The notes: a model not told the origin generated them from the letters alone. 30,250 nt of DNA from Eledone cirrhosa (GCA_964016885.1 CAXHJY010000699.1:1-30250); one strand, 5' to 3'; counted from the first letter of the stretch, positions 1 to 13,885 are shown. Program-made: numbers and translations.

Positions 1-300
1 CATCTTTCTACCTTATTTCAATGTTATTTATAATATTTATTATATTCTACATCACTCCTAATTTCTAACCCCTAATCTGTACCTTTTCTCACTGTGCCTA
101 ACATAGAAACAATTATTACACATACACTATATTCTTACTTCATATCACCTTGAAAAAGTCCTTCGTAAACATAAACATTTTTGACGTTAGATTATTCATC
201 CTGTATTCATTATTTTTTTCTCGCTTTCATCTAACTTATTCATGCTCATCTCACAATATATCCTTACTTACATCACTTCTGTTTTTTTAATAATACATAA

Positions 301-460
301 CATTTTTTTTCCATCGCACATATTTTTAAACCCTTAAATATTATTCTTAATACATATTAACATTTTCTTTCCATCGCACATATTATTAAACCCTTAAATA
401 TTATTATTAATACATATTAACAATTTCTTTTCATCGCACATATTATTAAACCCTTCAATA
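301..460. repeat. 60-bp tandem repeat, ~2.7 copies
   Basis: Unit cattttctttccatcgcacatattattaaacccttaaatattattattaatacatattaa recurs at 301, 361 and 421 with few substitutions. Confidence 0.9.
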
Positions 461-770
461 TACAAACCTTAACTTTACATTATTTTTCTCTTCGTAAATT
501 TTCAAAATCTTTTAATTCATACGTTATCTTCCAACGGTGTTTTCAACCTCTCTATGTAAAACAATATATTTTTCTCAGTTAAAAAAGCTATCTCTCTCTC
601 TCTATCACCCATCTCTCCTCCTATGTCATCCTTTCTCACTATAATCCTGCCCCTCCACTTTTTACTCATCTCCTCCGCTTTTTCATCCTTTCTACCCCCC
701 CCCCCCCCTCCTCAAACTTTTTTTTTTCCAATATCACACATCAATCTAAAACTACTTTTCATATGTTGAT

Positions 771-1018
771 TTAAAACTGCACTATCCACAAGTGTTGTTT
801 AACCTTCATATCATGTCCTTCTATTTTGTCTGATGAAAACACAAATTTTATTGCATGATGATACTTGTTTTTGAAATGTGCATAATAAAATACATGGAAC
901 TCATTTAACCATCTTTTAATCTTATATATTATGTATACTACAGTCCTACAAACTGTAGAGTGCTTCTTATCCGATATCTGCATTGCTTTATTGTACTACA
1001 ATAAAACTGACCTCCTAC
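771..1018 (+). mobile_element. Penelope-like pseudo-LTR/retrozyme-like fragment carrying an HHR
   Basis: HHR, then AATAAA, GAGTGCT (958-964) and an end at a (TA)n tract. Shares tattttgtctgatgaa with the copies at 10272-10337 and 28641-28705. The 5' boundary is approximate. Confidence 0.5.
822..892 (+). ncRNA. Type I hammerhead ribozyme motif
   Basis: Stem I tattttgt(822-829)/ataaaata(885-892); core CUGAUGA 830-836; stem II aaacacaa/ttgttttt (7 of 8 pairs); GAAA 873-876; short stem III AUG-UG-CAU; AUA cleavage triplet 882-884. Confidence 0.75.
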
Positions 1019-1060
1019 ATATATTATATATATATACATATATATTATATATATATATAT

Positions 1061-1092
<32 letters not shown>

Positions 1093-1188
1093 ATATATTA
1101 TATATATATATTATATATATATATATATTATATATATATATATTATATATATATATATTATATATATATATATTATATATATATTATA

Positions 1189-1233
<45 letters not shown>

Positions 1234-1235
1234 AT

Positions 1236-1268
<33 letters not shown>

Positions 1269-1332
1269 ATATATATATATATTATATATATATATTATAT
1301 ATATATATTATATATATATATTATATATATAT

Positions 1333-1364
<32 letters not shown>

Positions 1365-1379
1365 ATATATAATATATAT

Positions 1380-1413
<34 letters not shown>

Positions 1414-1584
1414 ATATATTATATATATATATATATATATTTTATATATATATTATATATATATTATATATATATATATTATAATATATATATATTATAT
1501 ATATATTATATTATACATATATTATATATATATATATTATACATATATTATATATATATATTTATATATATATTATATATATTT

Positions 1585-1615
<31 letters not shown>

Positions 1616-1770
1616 ATATATATTATTATATATATTATATATTATATATATTATATATATATTATATATATATAATATATATTATATATATATATATATA
1701 TATATTATATAGATATATATTATATTATATTATATATATATATATTATATATATTATATTATATATATAT

Positions 1771-1805
<35 letters not shown>

Positions 1806-1992
1806 ATATATTATATATATATTATATATATTATATATATATTATATATATATTATATATATTATATATATATATATATTATATATATATATATATATTA
1901 TATATATTATATATATATATATATTATATTATATATATATTATATATATATATTATATATATATATTATATATATATTATATATATTTATAT

Positions 1993-2023
<31 letters not shown>

Positions 2024-2073
2024 ATATATATTTTATATTATATATATATATATTATATATATATTATATATTT

Positions 2074-2112
<39 letters not shown>

Positions 2113-2154
2113 TATAAACATATATATTATATATATATTATATATATTATATAT

Positions 2155-2198
<44 letters not shown>

Positions 2199-2259
2199 AT
2201 ATATATATTATATATTATAAATATATATATTATATATATATTATATATATATTATATAT

Positions 2260-2302
<43 letters not shown>

Positions 2303-2372
2303 ATATATATTATATATATATATATATTATATATATATATTATATATATATATATTATAATATTATATATTA

Positions 2373-2418
<46 letters not shown>

Positions 2419-2503
2419 TATAAATATATATATATATTATATATATATATATTATATATATATATATTATATATTATAAATATATATATTTATTAAATAT
2501 ATA

Positions 2504-2546
<43 letters not shown>

Positions 2547-2599
2547 ATATATATCTATTATATATTATAAATATATATATATATTAAATATATATATAT

Positions 2600-2633
<34 letters not shown>

Positions 2634-2882
2634 ATATATTATATATATAATATATTATATATAGATTATATATTATATTTATATATATATATATATTATG
2701 TCATACATATATTATATATATATATATTATATGTTATATATATATTAAATATATATTATATATATATATATATATTATATATTATATATATATTATATAT
2801 TTTATACATATATTATTTATATATATATATATATATATTATATATTATATATATATTATATATGTTGTACATATATTATATA

Positions 2883-2921
<39 letters not shown>

Positions 2922-3501
2922 TATACATATATTATATATATATATGTTATATATTATATATATATATATTATATATATATATTATATATGTTATACATAT
3001 ATTATATATATATATATTATATGTTATACATATATTATATATATATATATTACATGTTATATATATATTAAATATATATACATATATATATTATATATAT
3101 TATATATATATTATATATATTATATATATATTATATATATTATTATATATATATTATATATATTATATATTATATATATATATATATATATACTATATAT
3201 ATATATATATATTATATATATTATATATATGTTATATATATTATATATATATATTATATATATTTATATATATATTATATATATTATATATATATATATA
3301 TATATTATATATTATATATATATATTATATATTATATATATATTATTATATATATATTATATATATATTATATTATATATATATTATATATATATATTAT
3401 ATATATATATATATTATATATATATTATATATATATATTATATATATATATATATTATATATTATATATATATTATATATATATATATATTATATATATA
3501 T

Positions 3502-3532
<31 letters not shown>

Positions 3533-3777
3533 ATAAATATATATATATATATATTATATTTATATATTTATATATATATATATTATATTTATATATTATA
3601 TATATATATATATATTATATATATATATATTATATTTATATATTATATATATATATATTATATTATATTTTATATATTATATATATATATATTATATTTA
3701 TATATTATATATATATATATATTATTTATTATATACATATATATATTAATATATATATATATATATATTATATATAT

Positions 3778-3827
<50 letters not shown>

Positions 3828-3843
3828 AATATATATATTATAT

Positions 3844-3884
<41 letters not shown>

Positions 3885-3960
3885 TATATATATATATATA
3901 TTATATATATATATATTATATATTATATATATATATACATATATTATATATTTATATATT

Positions 3961-3990
<30 letters not shown>
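1017..3990. repeat. Compound (TA)n microsatellite, ~3 kb
   Basis: Almost pure TA dinucleotide with recurring TT/AA phase shifts. Confidence 0.98.
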
Positions 3991-3992
<2 letters not shown>

Positions 3993-4284
3993 AAAACAAA
4001 TAACGAAACGAAATTAAATTTTGTTTCGTTTGTAACTCACTTTTGTATGACTGACGCTTAAACAATTAAGTTAAAAATGTACATCCACATATGTATACTG
4101 AAATACTAGTATGCATATGAATACACACACGTGTACATATGTAGATGTACCGAGTTTTTCACTGGACACTTTACTGTGAGTGTCCAGCTATTCTGTATGT
4201 AAACACACAGACAAACCGGTTTTTAGAGTCATACTGGTTTTCGAGGAAACACCTTTCCTCTATTCTCCAGAAAGCCAGACAAGG

Positions 4285-4329
4285 AATATTGGACTAGTTT
4301 CGATGTTGTTACATCTCATCAGCAATATT
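4285..4329 (-). ncRNA. Minimal type I hammerhead ribozyme, intact core
   Basis: Minus strand reads aatattg CTGATGA gatgt-aaca-acatc GAAA ctagtc caatatt: 7-bp stem I, 5-bp stem II, palindromic stem III (ACTAGT), GUC site with predicted cut between 4292 and 4291. Confidence 0.92.
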
Positions 4330-4751
4330 TACCTATCTTCCGGCCTTTCTAGAGAATCGTAAAAGCACATATCGTTATATGCTTTTTCTATGAAAATTAG
4401 TAGTGGGCAGACTAATTTGCATAGAGCGTGAGTACATACTGGTTCAGCGGAGACGATAAAAACAAATAACGAAACGAAATTAAATTTTGTTTCGTTTGTA
4501 ACTCACTTTTGTATGACTGACGCTTAAACAATTAAGTTAAAAATGTACATCCACATATGTATACTGAAATACTAGTATGCATATGAATACACACACGTGT
4601 ACATATGTAGATGTACCGAGTTTTTCACTGGACACTTTACTGTGAGTGTCCAGCTATTCTGTATGTAAACACACAGACAAAACCGGTTTTTAGAGTCATA
4701 CTGGTTTTCGAGGAAACACCTTTCCTCTATTCTCCAGAAAGCCAGACAAGG

Positions 4752-4796
4752 AATATTGGACTAGTTTCGATGTTGTTACATCTCATAAGCAATATT
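4752..4796 (-). ncRNA. Second copy of minimal hammerhead, core-mutated (CUUAUGA)
   Basis: Identical to 4285-4329 except position 4787 (a instead of c on +), changing conserved G5 to U. Confidence 0.8.
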
Positions 4797-4974
4797 TACC
4801 TATCTTCCGGCCTTTCTAGAGAATCGTAAAAGCACATATCGTTATATGCTTTTTCTATGAAAATTAGTAGTGGGCATACAGAATAGCTGGACACTCACAG
4901 TAAAGTGTCCAGTGAAAAACTCGGTACATCTACATATGTACACGTGTGTGTATTCATATGCATACTATATTTCA

Positions 4975-5057
4975 GTATATATATATATGTATATAATATA
5001 TATATATATTATATATATATATATTATATATATATATTATATACATATATATATTAA

Positions 5058-5088
<31 letters not shown>

Positions 5089-5159
5089 ATTAAATATATA
5101 TATATATATATTATATATATATATATTATATATATATATTATATACATATATATATTAA

Positions 5160-5190
<31 letters not shown>

Positions 5191-5192
5191 AT

Positions 5193-5243
<51 letters not shown>

Positions 5244-5257
5244 CATATATATATTAA

Positions 5258-5288
<31 letters not shown>

Positions 5289-5310
5289 ATTATATACATA
5301 TATATATTAA

Positions 5311-5345
<35 letters not shown>

Positions 5346-5361
5346 ATATACATATATATAT

Positions 5362-5406
<45 letters not shown>

Positions 5407-5420
5407 CATATATATATTAA

Positions 5421-5452
<32 letters not shown>

Positions 5453-5506
5453 CATATATATATTAAATATATATATATATATATATTATATACATATATA
5501 TAATAA

Positions 5507-5591
<85 letters not shown>

Positions 5592-6159
5592 GCATATATG
5601 TATTAAATATATATATATATATATATATATTATATACATATATGTATTAAATATATATATATATATTATATATATATATATATATTATATACATATATAT
5701 ATATATATTATATATATATATATTTATATATATATATATATAAATATATATATTATATACATATATATATATTATATATATATATAAACATATATATTAT
5801 ATAAATATATATATATATTATATATACATATATATATATATATTATATATATATATATAAATATATATATTATATACATATATATATATATATTATATAC
5901 ATATATATATATAAATATATATATTATATACATATATATATATATTATATATATATATATATTATATATCTATATATTATATACATATATATATATATTA
6001 TATATCTATATATATATTATATATCTATATATTATATACATATATATATATTATATATCTATATATTATATATATATATATATATTATATACATATATAT
6101 ATATTGTATATCTATATATTATATACATATATATATATATTATACAAATATATATATTA

Positions 6160-6190
<31 letters not shown>

Positions 6191-6304
6191 TATATATCTA
6201 TATATTATATATATATATATATTATATATATATATATATTATATACATATATATATATTATATATCTATATATTATATACATATATATATATATTATACA
6301 AATA

Positions 6305-6357
<53 letters not shown>

Positions 6358-7120
6358 ATTATAGACATATATATTATACATATATATATATTATATATAT
6401 ATATATATATATTATACATATATATATATATTATACATATATATATATATTATATATATATATCTATATATTATATACATATATATATATATTATACAAA
6501 TATATATATTATATATATTATATATATATATATATATTATATATATATATATTATAGACATATATATTATACATATATATATATTATATATATATATATA
6601 TATATTATACATATATATATATATTATATATATATATATTATATATATTATATATATATATTATATTTATATATATATTATATATTATATATATATATTA
6701 TATATATATATATTATATATATATATATTATATATATATATATTATATACATATATATATTATATACATATATATATATTATATATTTTATATATATATT
6801 ATATTTTATATATATATTATATATTATATACATATATATATATATTATACATATATATATATTATATACATATATATATATATTTTATATTTTATATATA
6901 TATATTTTATATTTTATATATATATATATATATTATATACATATATATATATTATACATATATATATAAATATTATACATATATATAAATATTATACATA
7001 TATATATATGTATTATATACATATATATATATATATATTATATTTTATATATATAATTATATATTATATATATATATATATATTATACATATATATATAT
7101 TATATACATATATATATATA
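4975..7120. repeat. Compound (TA)n microsatellite, ~2.1 kb
   Basis: TA runs with recurring tacata, ttaaat and tatcta interruptions. Confidence 0.98.
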
Positions 7121-7295
7121 GAATCGGTAGAGGGTCGGACGCCATGCTTTCCAGCATAGTTACGTCCCTTTATGATCTGAGTTCAAATCCCGCCGAGGTT
7201 GACTTTGCCTTTCATCCTTACGGGGTCGATAAAATAAAGTACCAGTAATGCACTGGGTAATTTGCTGGCCTTGTGCCTAAAGTAGAAACAATTAT
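7121..7295 (+). mobile_element. tRNA-derived SINE, 5' truncated
   Basis: B-box-like GAGTTCAAATCC; body aligns by eye with the other copies in the window. Confidence 0.85.
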
Positions 7296-7366
7296 ATATA
7301 TATATATATTATATATTATATATATATATATTATATATAAATATATATTATATATTATATATATAG

Positions 7367-7400
<34 letters not shown>

Positions 7401-7580
7401 ATATATACTATATATATATAATATATATATATAGGAGGGTCATGTTGCCAATAAGTAACACACGCACCAGTTGCTTTCACTTCAATTTATTATAATAAAT
7501 TAAATTCATAAATTTACGAATTTATAAATTTCCGGCTTGTTGGTTGGTTGGTTCCACAACCAGAGGATTGGTTATATATT

Positions 7581-7623
7581 GTCAAAGTTCTTTCGTCACA
7601 CATTATGTGACCTCTTCAGTGAC
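7581..7623 (-). ncRNA. Hammerhead-like motif, variant with extra nucleotide after CUGANGA
   Basis: Minus strand gtca CTGAAGA g gtcaca-taatg-tgtgac GAAA gaactt tgac: 4-bp stem I, 6-bp stem II, weak stem III, CUU triplet. Confidence 0.55.
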
Positions 7624-8084
7624 TGGGGATTCTTTTCTTTGTTTTTTGCCTTTCCTTTGTTCTGTCCTACACCCTCTTGTTTTTGTGTGTGTTGTGTGCT
7701 TAAATTGCGCATGTGTTTCATCCGGGTGTCTTTGTGTGTTTATATATGATTATTTATTTGTTTATTTACATGTTACTGGTTGGTTGTTTGTTCTATGTGT
7801 GTGTGCGTCTTTTAAAATACGCAATGTTTAGACAAATCGCAGAGGCAATAAACATAAATAAACTCCAACTAAAATTAAATAGAAATCATGAATGGAACAG
7901 CAACATCACAACTTACAATTATAATTATTATTATATATATATTATATTCCTTTTTTACATCCTCATTTTTATGCGTGTGCATGCAAACAGGTCAATATGC
8001 GTGAGTGTATGTGTGTGTGTGTGTGTGTGTATACGTACCGAATGTATGGATGTGTAAGTGTGCGTGTGTATATAAGCATGTATA

Positions 8085-8086
<2 letters not shown>

Positions 8087-8158
<72 letters not shown>
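8087..8158. repeat. (GT)n microsatellite within a GT-rich degenerate region
   Basis: Uninterrupted TG dinucleotide run. Confidence 0.97.
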
Positions 8159-8167
<9 letters not shown>

Positions 8168-8831
8168 ATACAGTCGCGTGCGTGCGCGTGATTAGATATA
8201 CATGGGGCGAGGCGTATATGTGTATATATGTGCATCCTGTGTATGTAGATGTGCTTGCATACGCTTTTGTCTGCACCTTTTTGCGTGTATATATCTATAT
8301 TTCTTATAGATATACGTTTCTTGTAGATATACGTGTGTGTGTACGCGTGTACCTTGTTTGTCTTCTTTTCTTTAATTTTTTCTTTCTAAATTATTGTTCC
8401 ATTTTTATATAATATATCGAGAATGATACCTTCTTTTAACTATTACACTCCCTTACCTCTTTTACTTCCGCATATAAGTGTTCGTGCGTGTGGGTGTTTT
8501 TATACGCGTGCCTTCATATTCTTATAATGTATCTATTACCCTATTTTTTCTGTGTACCTGCCAAACAGAAAACCACATCATGTCTGTCTGTAGCTTACAG
8601 ATACAAAGATATATTTACGCACACTTTTTCACTATACGTATACATTTGTACATACACATATGTACATCTGTGAGCGTATATACATACATATACACACACC
8701 TAACTATATTTCTTGACAGATTTTTTATATATTTCACATGGCTATTGTAATCCATTTGTCTATATTTATTTAATTTTTTTTTTTTGCTTTTCTAGATGAG
8801 ATTTTCCAAGTATTTAGCCATGTTTTATATT

Positions 8832-8903
8832 GCCTCGTCTGACGAACGAATGAAGACGTTTCTTTCGTATTCGCCTCATTCGGGAAACCTCTGGTAATGA
8901 GGT
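8832..8903 (+). ncRNA. Type I hammerhead ribozyme motif
   Basis: Stem I gcctcgt/atgaggt; CUGACGA 8839-8845; stem II cgaatga/tcattcg with an A-G mismatch at its base; GAAA 8884-8887; stem III ACC-tct-GGT; GUA triplet 8894-8896. Confidence 0.7.
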
Positions 8904-9008
8904 GATTATATTGTATTGATTTTTATACATTAAATTTTGCTCTGTTACTTACTTAGAGCACTCTTCACTTCTATGACCTTTTCTGTTTTCAACGGAAATT
9001 TCAATACC

Positions 9009-9363
9009 TATATATATATATATTATATATATATAAATATATATATATTATATATATATAAATATATATATATTATATATATAAATATATATATATATAT
9101 ATTATATATATATAAATATATATATATTATATATATATAAATATATATATATTATATATATAAATATATAAATATATATATATTATATATATAAATATAT
9201 ATATATATATATTATATATATATAAATATATATATATTATATATATATATATATACTAAATATATATATATATTATATATAAATATATAAATATATATAT
9301 ATTATATATATATATATATACTAAATATATATATAATATATATATAAATATATATATATTATA

Positions 9364-9434
<71 letters not shown>

Positions 9435-9438
9435 ATAT

Positions 9439-9484
<46 letters not shown>

Positions 9485-9488
9485 ATAT

Positions 9489-9534
<46 letters not shown>

Positions 9535-9565
9535 AAATATATATATATTATATATATATATATAT

Positions 9566-9611
<46 letters not shown>

Positions 9612-9800
9612 AAATATATATATATTATATATATATACTGAATATATATATACTAAATATATATATAAATATATATATATATTATATATATACTATATAT
9701 ATATATATATTATATATATAAATATATATATATTATATATATATATATATACACTAAATATATATATGTATATATTATATATATAAATATATATATACAC

Positions 9801-9835
<35 letters not shown>

Positions 9836-9881
9836 TAATTATATATATATTATATATATAAATATATATATATATATACAC

Positions 9882-9920
<39 letters not shown>

Positions 9921-9953
9921 TAAATATATATATATATATATATATATATACAC

Positions 9954-10027
<74 letters not shown>

Positions 10028-10230
10028 TAAATATATATATATATACACTAAATATATATAAATATATATATATATATACACTAAATATATATATATATAC
10101 ACTAAATATATATAAATATATATATATATATACACTAAATTATATATATATATACACTAAATATATATAAATATATATATATATACACTAAATATATATA
10201 TATACACTAAATATATATAAATATATATAC
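9009..10230. repeat. Compound (TA)n / (TA)nCACTAAA minisatellite
   Basis: TA runs; the 3' half is punctuated regularly by acactaaat. Confidence 0.97.
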
Positions 10231-10557
10231 AATATTAAATAAATGGAAAACTATATTTATAAAACCATATTTATTTCATTATATATATTTCGGGGATATC
10301 ATATTAACAATATGCTATGCCTTCATCAGACAAAATACAATATAAACAGTTTTATAGATAAATATATTCGACAGACCGTAATAAACATCAACTTCATTTG
10401 AAGAGGTTTACGCTAGCAGTCTAAATATGGTTTAATAAATATAGTTTTCCATTTATTTAATATTGTAAATATACTCCAAATATTTGTCGAGTGCTTTTAT
10501 ATCAGTTATAAATATTTACTAGTTGTAACCCAACAATTTTAAATATAACTTTACATG
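10230..10557. mobile_element. Penelope-like pLTR fragment with inverted architecture
   Basis: 10230-10272 is an inverted repeat of 10423-10465; 10424-10556 (+) resembles 28705-28836; 10272-10353 (-) resembles 28624-28705. Confidence 0.7.
10272..10337 (-). ncRNA. Type I hammerhead ribozyme motif
   Basis: Minus strand tattttgt CTGATGA aggcatagcatatt-gtt-aatatgatatcccc GAAA tatatat a atgaaata; palindromic stem III; A-C mismatch at the base of stem II. Confidence 0.7.
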
Positions 10558-10774
10558 TATAAATATATATATATATATATACACTAAATATATATATATA
10601 TATATTATATATATAAATATATATATATATATACACTAAATATATATATATTATATATATAAATATATATATATATATATACACTAAATATATATATATT
10701 ATATATATAAATATATATATATATATACACTAAATATATATATATTATATATATAAATATATATATATATATAT

Positions 10775-10812
<38 letters not shown>

Positions 10813-10821
10813 CACTAAATA

Positions 10822-11773
10822 TATCATCATCACCGTTTTACGTCCGTTCTTCCACGCTAGCATGGGTTAGACGGGCTGTCCTGTTGTGGGCAGTGTCTGG
10901 TCGGCTGACCATGCCTTGCTCATACAGGAACTGATCTGGCTTGATTTCTACAGCTGGATGCCCTTCCTAACACCAACCTCATTTACAGTGAGTGCTGGGT
11001 GCTTTTTCGTGGCGCCTACACGTCCACTTTACAGTGTGGGCTGGGTGCTTTTTTGCCGTGGCACCTCCACGGCCACCTTGCGGTGGGGGGGGGGGGGGGG
11101 CATATTGTTTATATGCTTCAGCATGTACCCATGGGAGGTCGGGTACCCTGTATTACTGCGTGACGCCAGAAGTCACGGTCGTGTGTCATTGACTTTGACA
11201 GGTGTAGTTGGGTAAGGTCGGCTTTTATCACCTCATCCCAAGTCATCTTGGGTCTCCCCACTCCGCGGTTTCCATCAACTTCTAGTGCTCTGCACCTTTT
11301 TATGCAGTTGTCATTCTTCATACGCATCACATGTCCATACCAGCGTAACCGCCTCTCCTGCACGCAGCATTTGATTCCTCTTATGCTCAGTCTCTCTCTC
11401 AATTCCTTTATGCTTTGTCGTTCACGTATATTACTGTTACACATCCATCGGAGCATGCAGGCTTCGTTTCTCTCTAATCTACGTAAGTCTTCCACCTTCA
11501 GCGCCCAGGTCTCACTACCATGCAACATCGCTGTTCGGATACACGCATCATACAGTCTGCCTTTCATTCTGAGGGAGAAGCCTTTTGCAGCTAGCAGTGG
11601 TAGTAGTTCCCTAAACTTCTTCAATCCCGTTCTTACCCTAGTTATTGTACTTTCTGAGCACCCACCTCCGTTGCTAATTCGGTCACCTAGGTAGCAGAAG
11701 CTGTCTACTGTTTCTACAGGGCCCTCCCAGAGATTGGTGGTACTTGTTTCCTGTGGCTGTTTGCTTGCTGTTT
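10822..11773 (-). mobile_element. RTE-clade LINE, 5'-truncated 3' fragment
   Basis: ORF 11118-11624 has post-RT motifs LYDACIRTAMLHGSETW, RRLRWYGHVMR and GRPKMTW, with FCYLGD upstream; 3' UTR ends in a short (GAT)n tail at ~10822-10832. Confidence 0.9.
11118..11720 (-). pseudogene. C-terminal part of RTE-type reverse transcriptase ORF
   Basis: Open frame with RTE thumb/C-terminal motifs but lacking the RT core and endonuclease. Confidence 0.85.
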
Positions 11774-11990
11774 TATATATATATATATTATATATATAAA
11801 TATATATATATATATATACACTAAATATATATATATATATTATATATAAATATATATATATATATATACTAAATATATATATATATATTATATATAAATA
11901 TATATATATATATATACTAAATATATATATATATATTATATATATAAATATATATATATTATATATATGTATATATTAAATATATATATT

Positions 11991-12031
<41 letters not shown>

Positions 12032-12041
12032 TATATATATT

Positions 12042-12075
<34 letters not shown>

Positions 12076-12180
12076 CTAAATACATATATATATATATATT
12101 ATATATATATAAATATATATATATTATATATATGTATATACTAAATATATATATTTATATAAATATATATATATATATAT
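11774..12180. repeat. Compound (TA)n microsatellite
   Basis: TA runs with actaaat interruptions, like the tract on the other side of the RTE insertion (10556-10822). Confidence 0.95.
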
Positions 12181-12806
12181 GTATGTATTCGCATGTGTCT
12201 GTGTATTTCTTCGTGTTGTTTATAACTCCCTATGGTAGTGTAACCACTGAAGTGCAGTGACTGCTGTAAAGCTTACACTACCCACACTTCTCGCCCTCCT
12301 AGCCAACTCGTCTATTGCTTTGACATACATACCCCATCCGACTTTTGTGGTATTTTTCTCTTGGTTGTAAAAGGCTTAACTCTGTTTCTTGACCGCTGTA
12401 TCACGTGATAAGTTCCACCTCCGCCCTTCGGGACTCTATCTCGTGTCCTTCGGACGTGTTTTGAAACTCTAAATGAGGAATTCTCTTGGTAAGTCGGCAA
12501 ACATCACAAAAATACTGCATCTGTATGATGTAATGTTTTTGAAAAATAGCCACGAAACTACATAGTCGAGGATAATGAAGGAATTTAGGTATATTATATC
12601 TTTTTATTTATATCTAATGTTTCTTCTTTCTTTATAATGTATTATATAGCTCTGACATTGAATCAATCTAATCCGTTCAGATTTGTACCTATTATTCATA
12701 GAGCAACAATGGTTAAGGTTGGCACCACACAAATTCAGGGATATATGTGGGCATATGCATGTATCTGTATGTATTCGCATGTGTCTGTGTATTACTTTGT
12801 ATTGTG

Positions 12807-12809
<3 letters not shown>

Positions 12810-12892
<83 letters not shown>
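12810..12892. repeat. (CA)n microsatellite
   Basis: Pure CA run. Confidence 0.97.
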
Positions 12893-12902
<10 letters not shown>

Positions 12903-12965
12903 AATAACAGTGGAAAATATAAATTGCGACCCCTATAATTTCTAAATTCACCGGATTTAATTAGA

Positions 12966-13213
12966 AACAGCAACAACAGCAACAATACCAGCAACAACAA
13001 CAGCAATAATAACAGCAACAACAACAAAACCAACAACAACAATAACGGCGACAATAACAATAACAACAACAATAGCATCAACAACAACAGCAGCAACAAT
13101 AACGGCGACAATAGCAGCAACAATAGCAGCACCAACAACAATAACAGCTACAACAACAGCAACAACCACAGTAACAACAACTGTAACAGCAACAACAACA
13201 ACAACAGCAACAA
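12966..13213. repeat. Degenerate (CAA/CAG/TAA)n trinucleotide tract
   Basis: aacaacagc-type triplets. Confidence 0.92.
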
Positions 13214-13803
13214 ATGCATAAGATTAGACACATTGCCTGATAATTACAGGGCGTCCTTGTAATTAGCAAACACATAATAAATCAATTAGCTTTTTTGTAA
13301 TTAATAACTGCTTACGAAATGAATATTGAGAAAAAGATGTTTAATAATAATAATAATAATGATAACAATAAGAAATAATTATAATAATATCATTTTCAAA
13401 AAATGCCAAACAGTATATTAAAAGTCACATTTTATCCGAAAGCATTTCCTGTCTCCAGTCCCCAATCTCTCTTGCTCTCATATATATAGATAGACATATA
13501 CGTGGATGTGAGTGCGGACGTGGAAAACATGATGAAATTATTGTGTACAGTGCTCAGGTGCATTACAACTCATCAAAGGTGCATGTATAGTACATAGAAT
13601 AATGTACAAATGTCAGGAATATATATATATATATATATATACAGTATTTACGTATCGAGAAAGAGAAAAAAAGGGGAGGATAGGTGATACATATAGTTAT
13701 TTGCCAAGTAGCGTATGCCAAAGGTGCTCGATACTAGTGCCGGCAGTATTAAATATTCGAAGTGTTAATATTTAGTGGGCTAGAGAGTTAGCAGAGCGTA
13801 AGC

Positions 13804-13884
13804 ACGTGGGAAAGTAAAACATCGGAGAATAGACCGTATAAACATGTTTTAACGGTCTATTCTCCGATTTTTTACTTTCCCACG

Positions 13885-13885
<1 letters not shown>
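13804..13885. repeat. Near-perfect 82-bp palindrome
   Basis: acgtgggaaagtaaaacatcggagaatagaccgt ... acggtctattctccgattttttactttcccacgt. Confidence 0.9.

Larger units (their letters stand above)
3990..4978 (-). mobile_element. HHR-containing partial tandem repeat (~467-bp unit x1.9) plus inverted terminal segment; Penelope pLTR- or retrozyme-like
   Basis: 3990-4409 is repeated almost exactly at 4456-4876; 4875-4978 is the reverse complement of ~4093-4199; each unit has an HHR motif; (TA)n on both sides; no credible ORF. Confidence 0.8.

Noticed and set aside
301-460. CRISPR-like array
   Set aside because: Contiguous tandem units without unique spacers, in a eukaryotic context.
931-3828. Long Ile/Tyr ORFs (up to 429 aa) and similar IY, HT, CV, RE and poly-H/P/I ORFs elsewhere
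   Set aside because: They are translations of microsatellites that lack stops by composition; no coding evidence.
4180-4829. Duplicated 60-72 aa ORFs
   Set aside because: Antisense to the HHR repeat, short and with no recognisable motif.
12520-12572. GAAACTACATAGTC resembling a hammerhead 3' half
   Set aside because: No intact CUGANGA or stem I/II; at best a heavily decayed relic.
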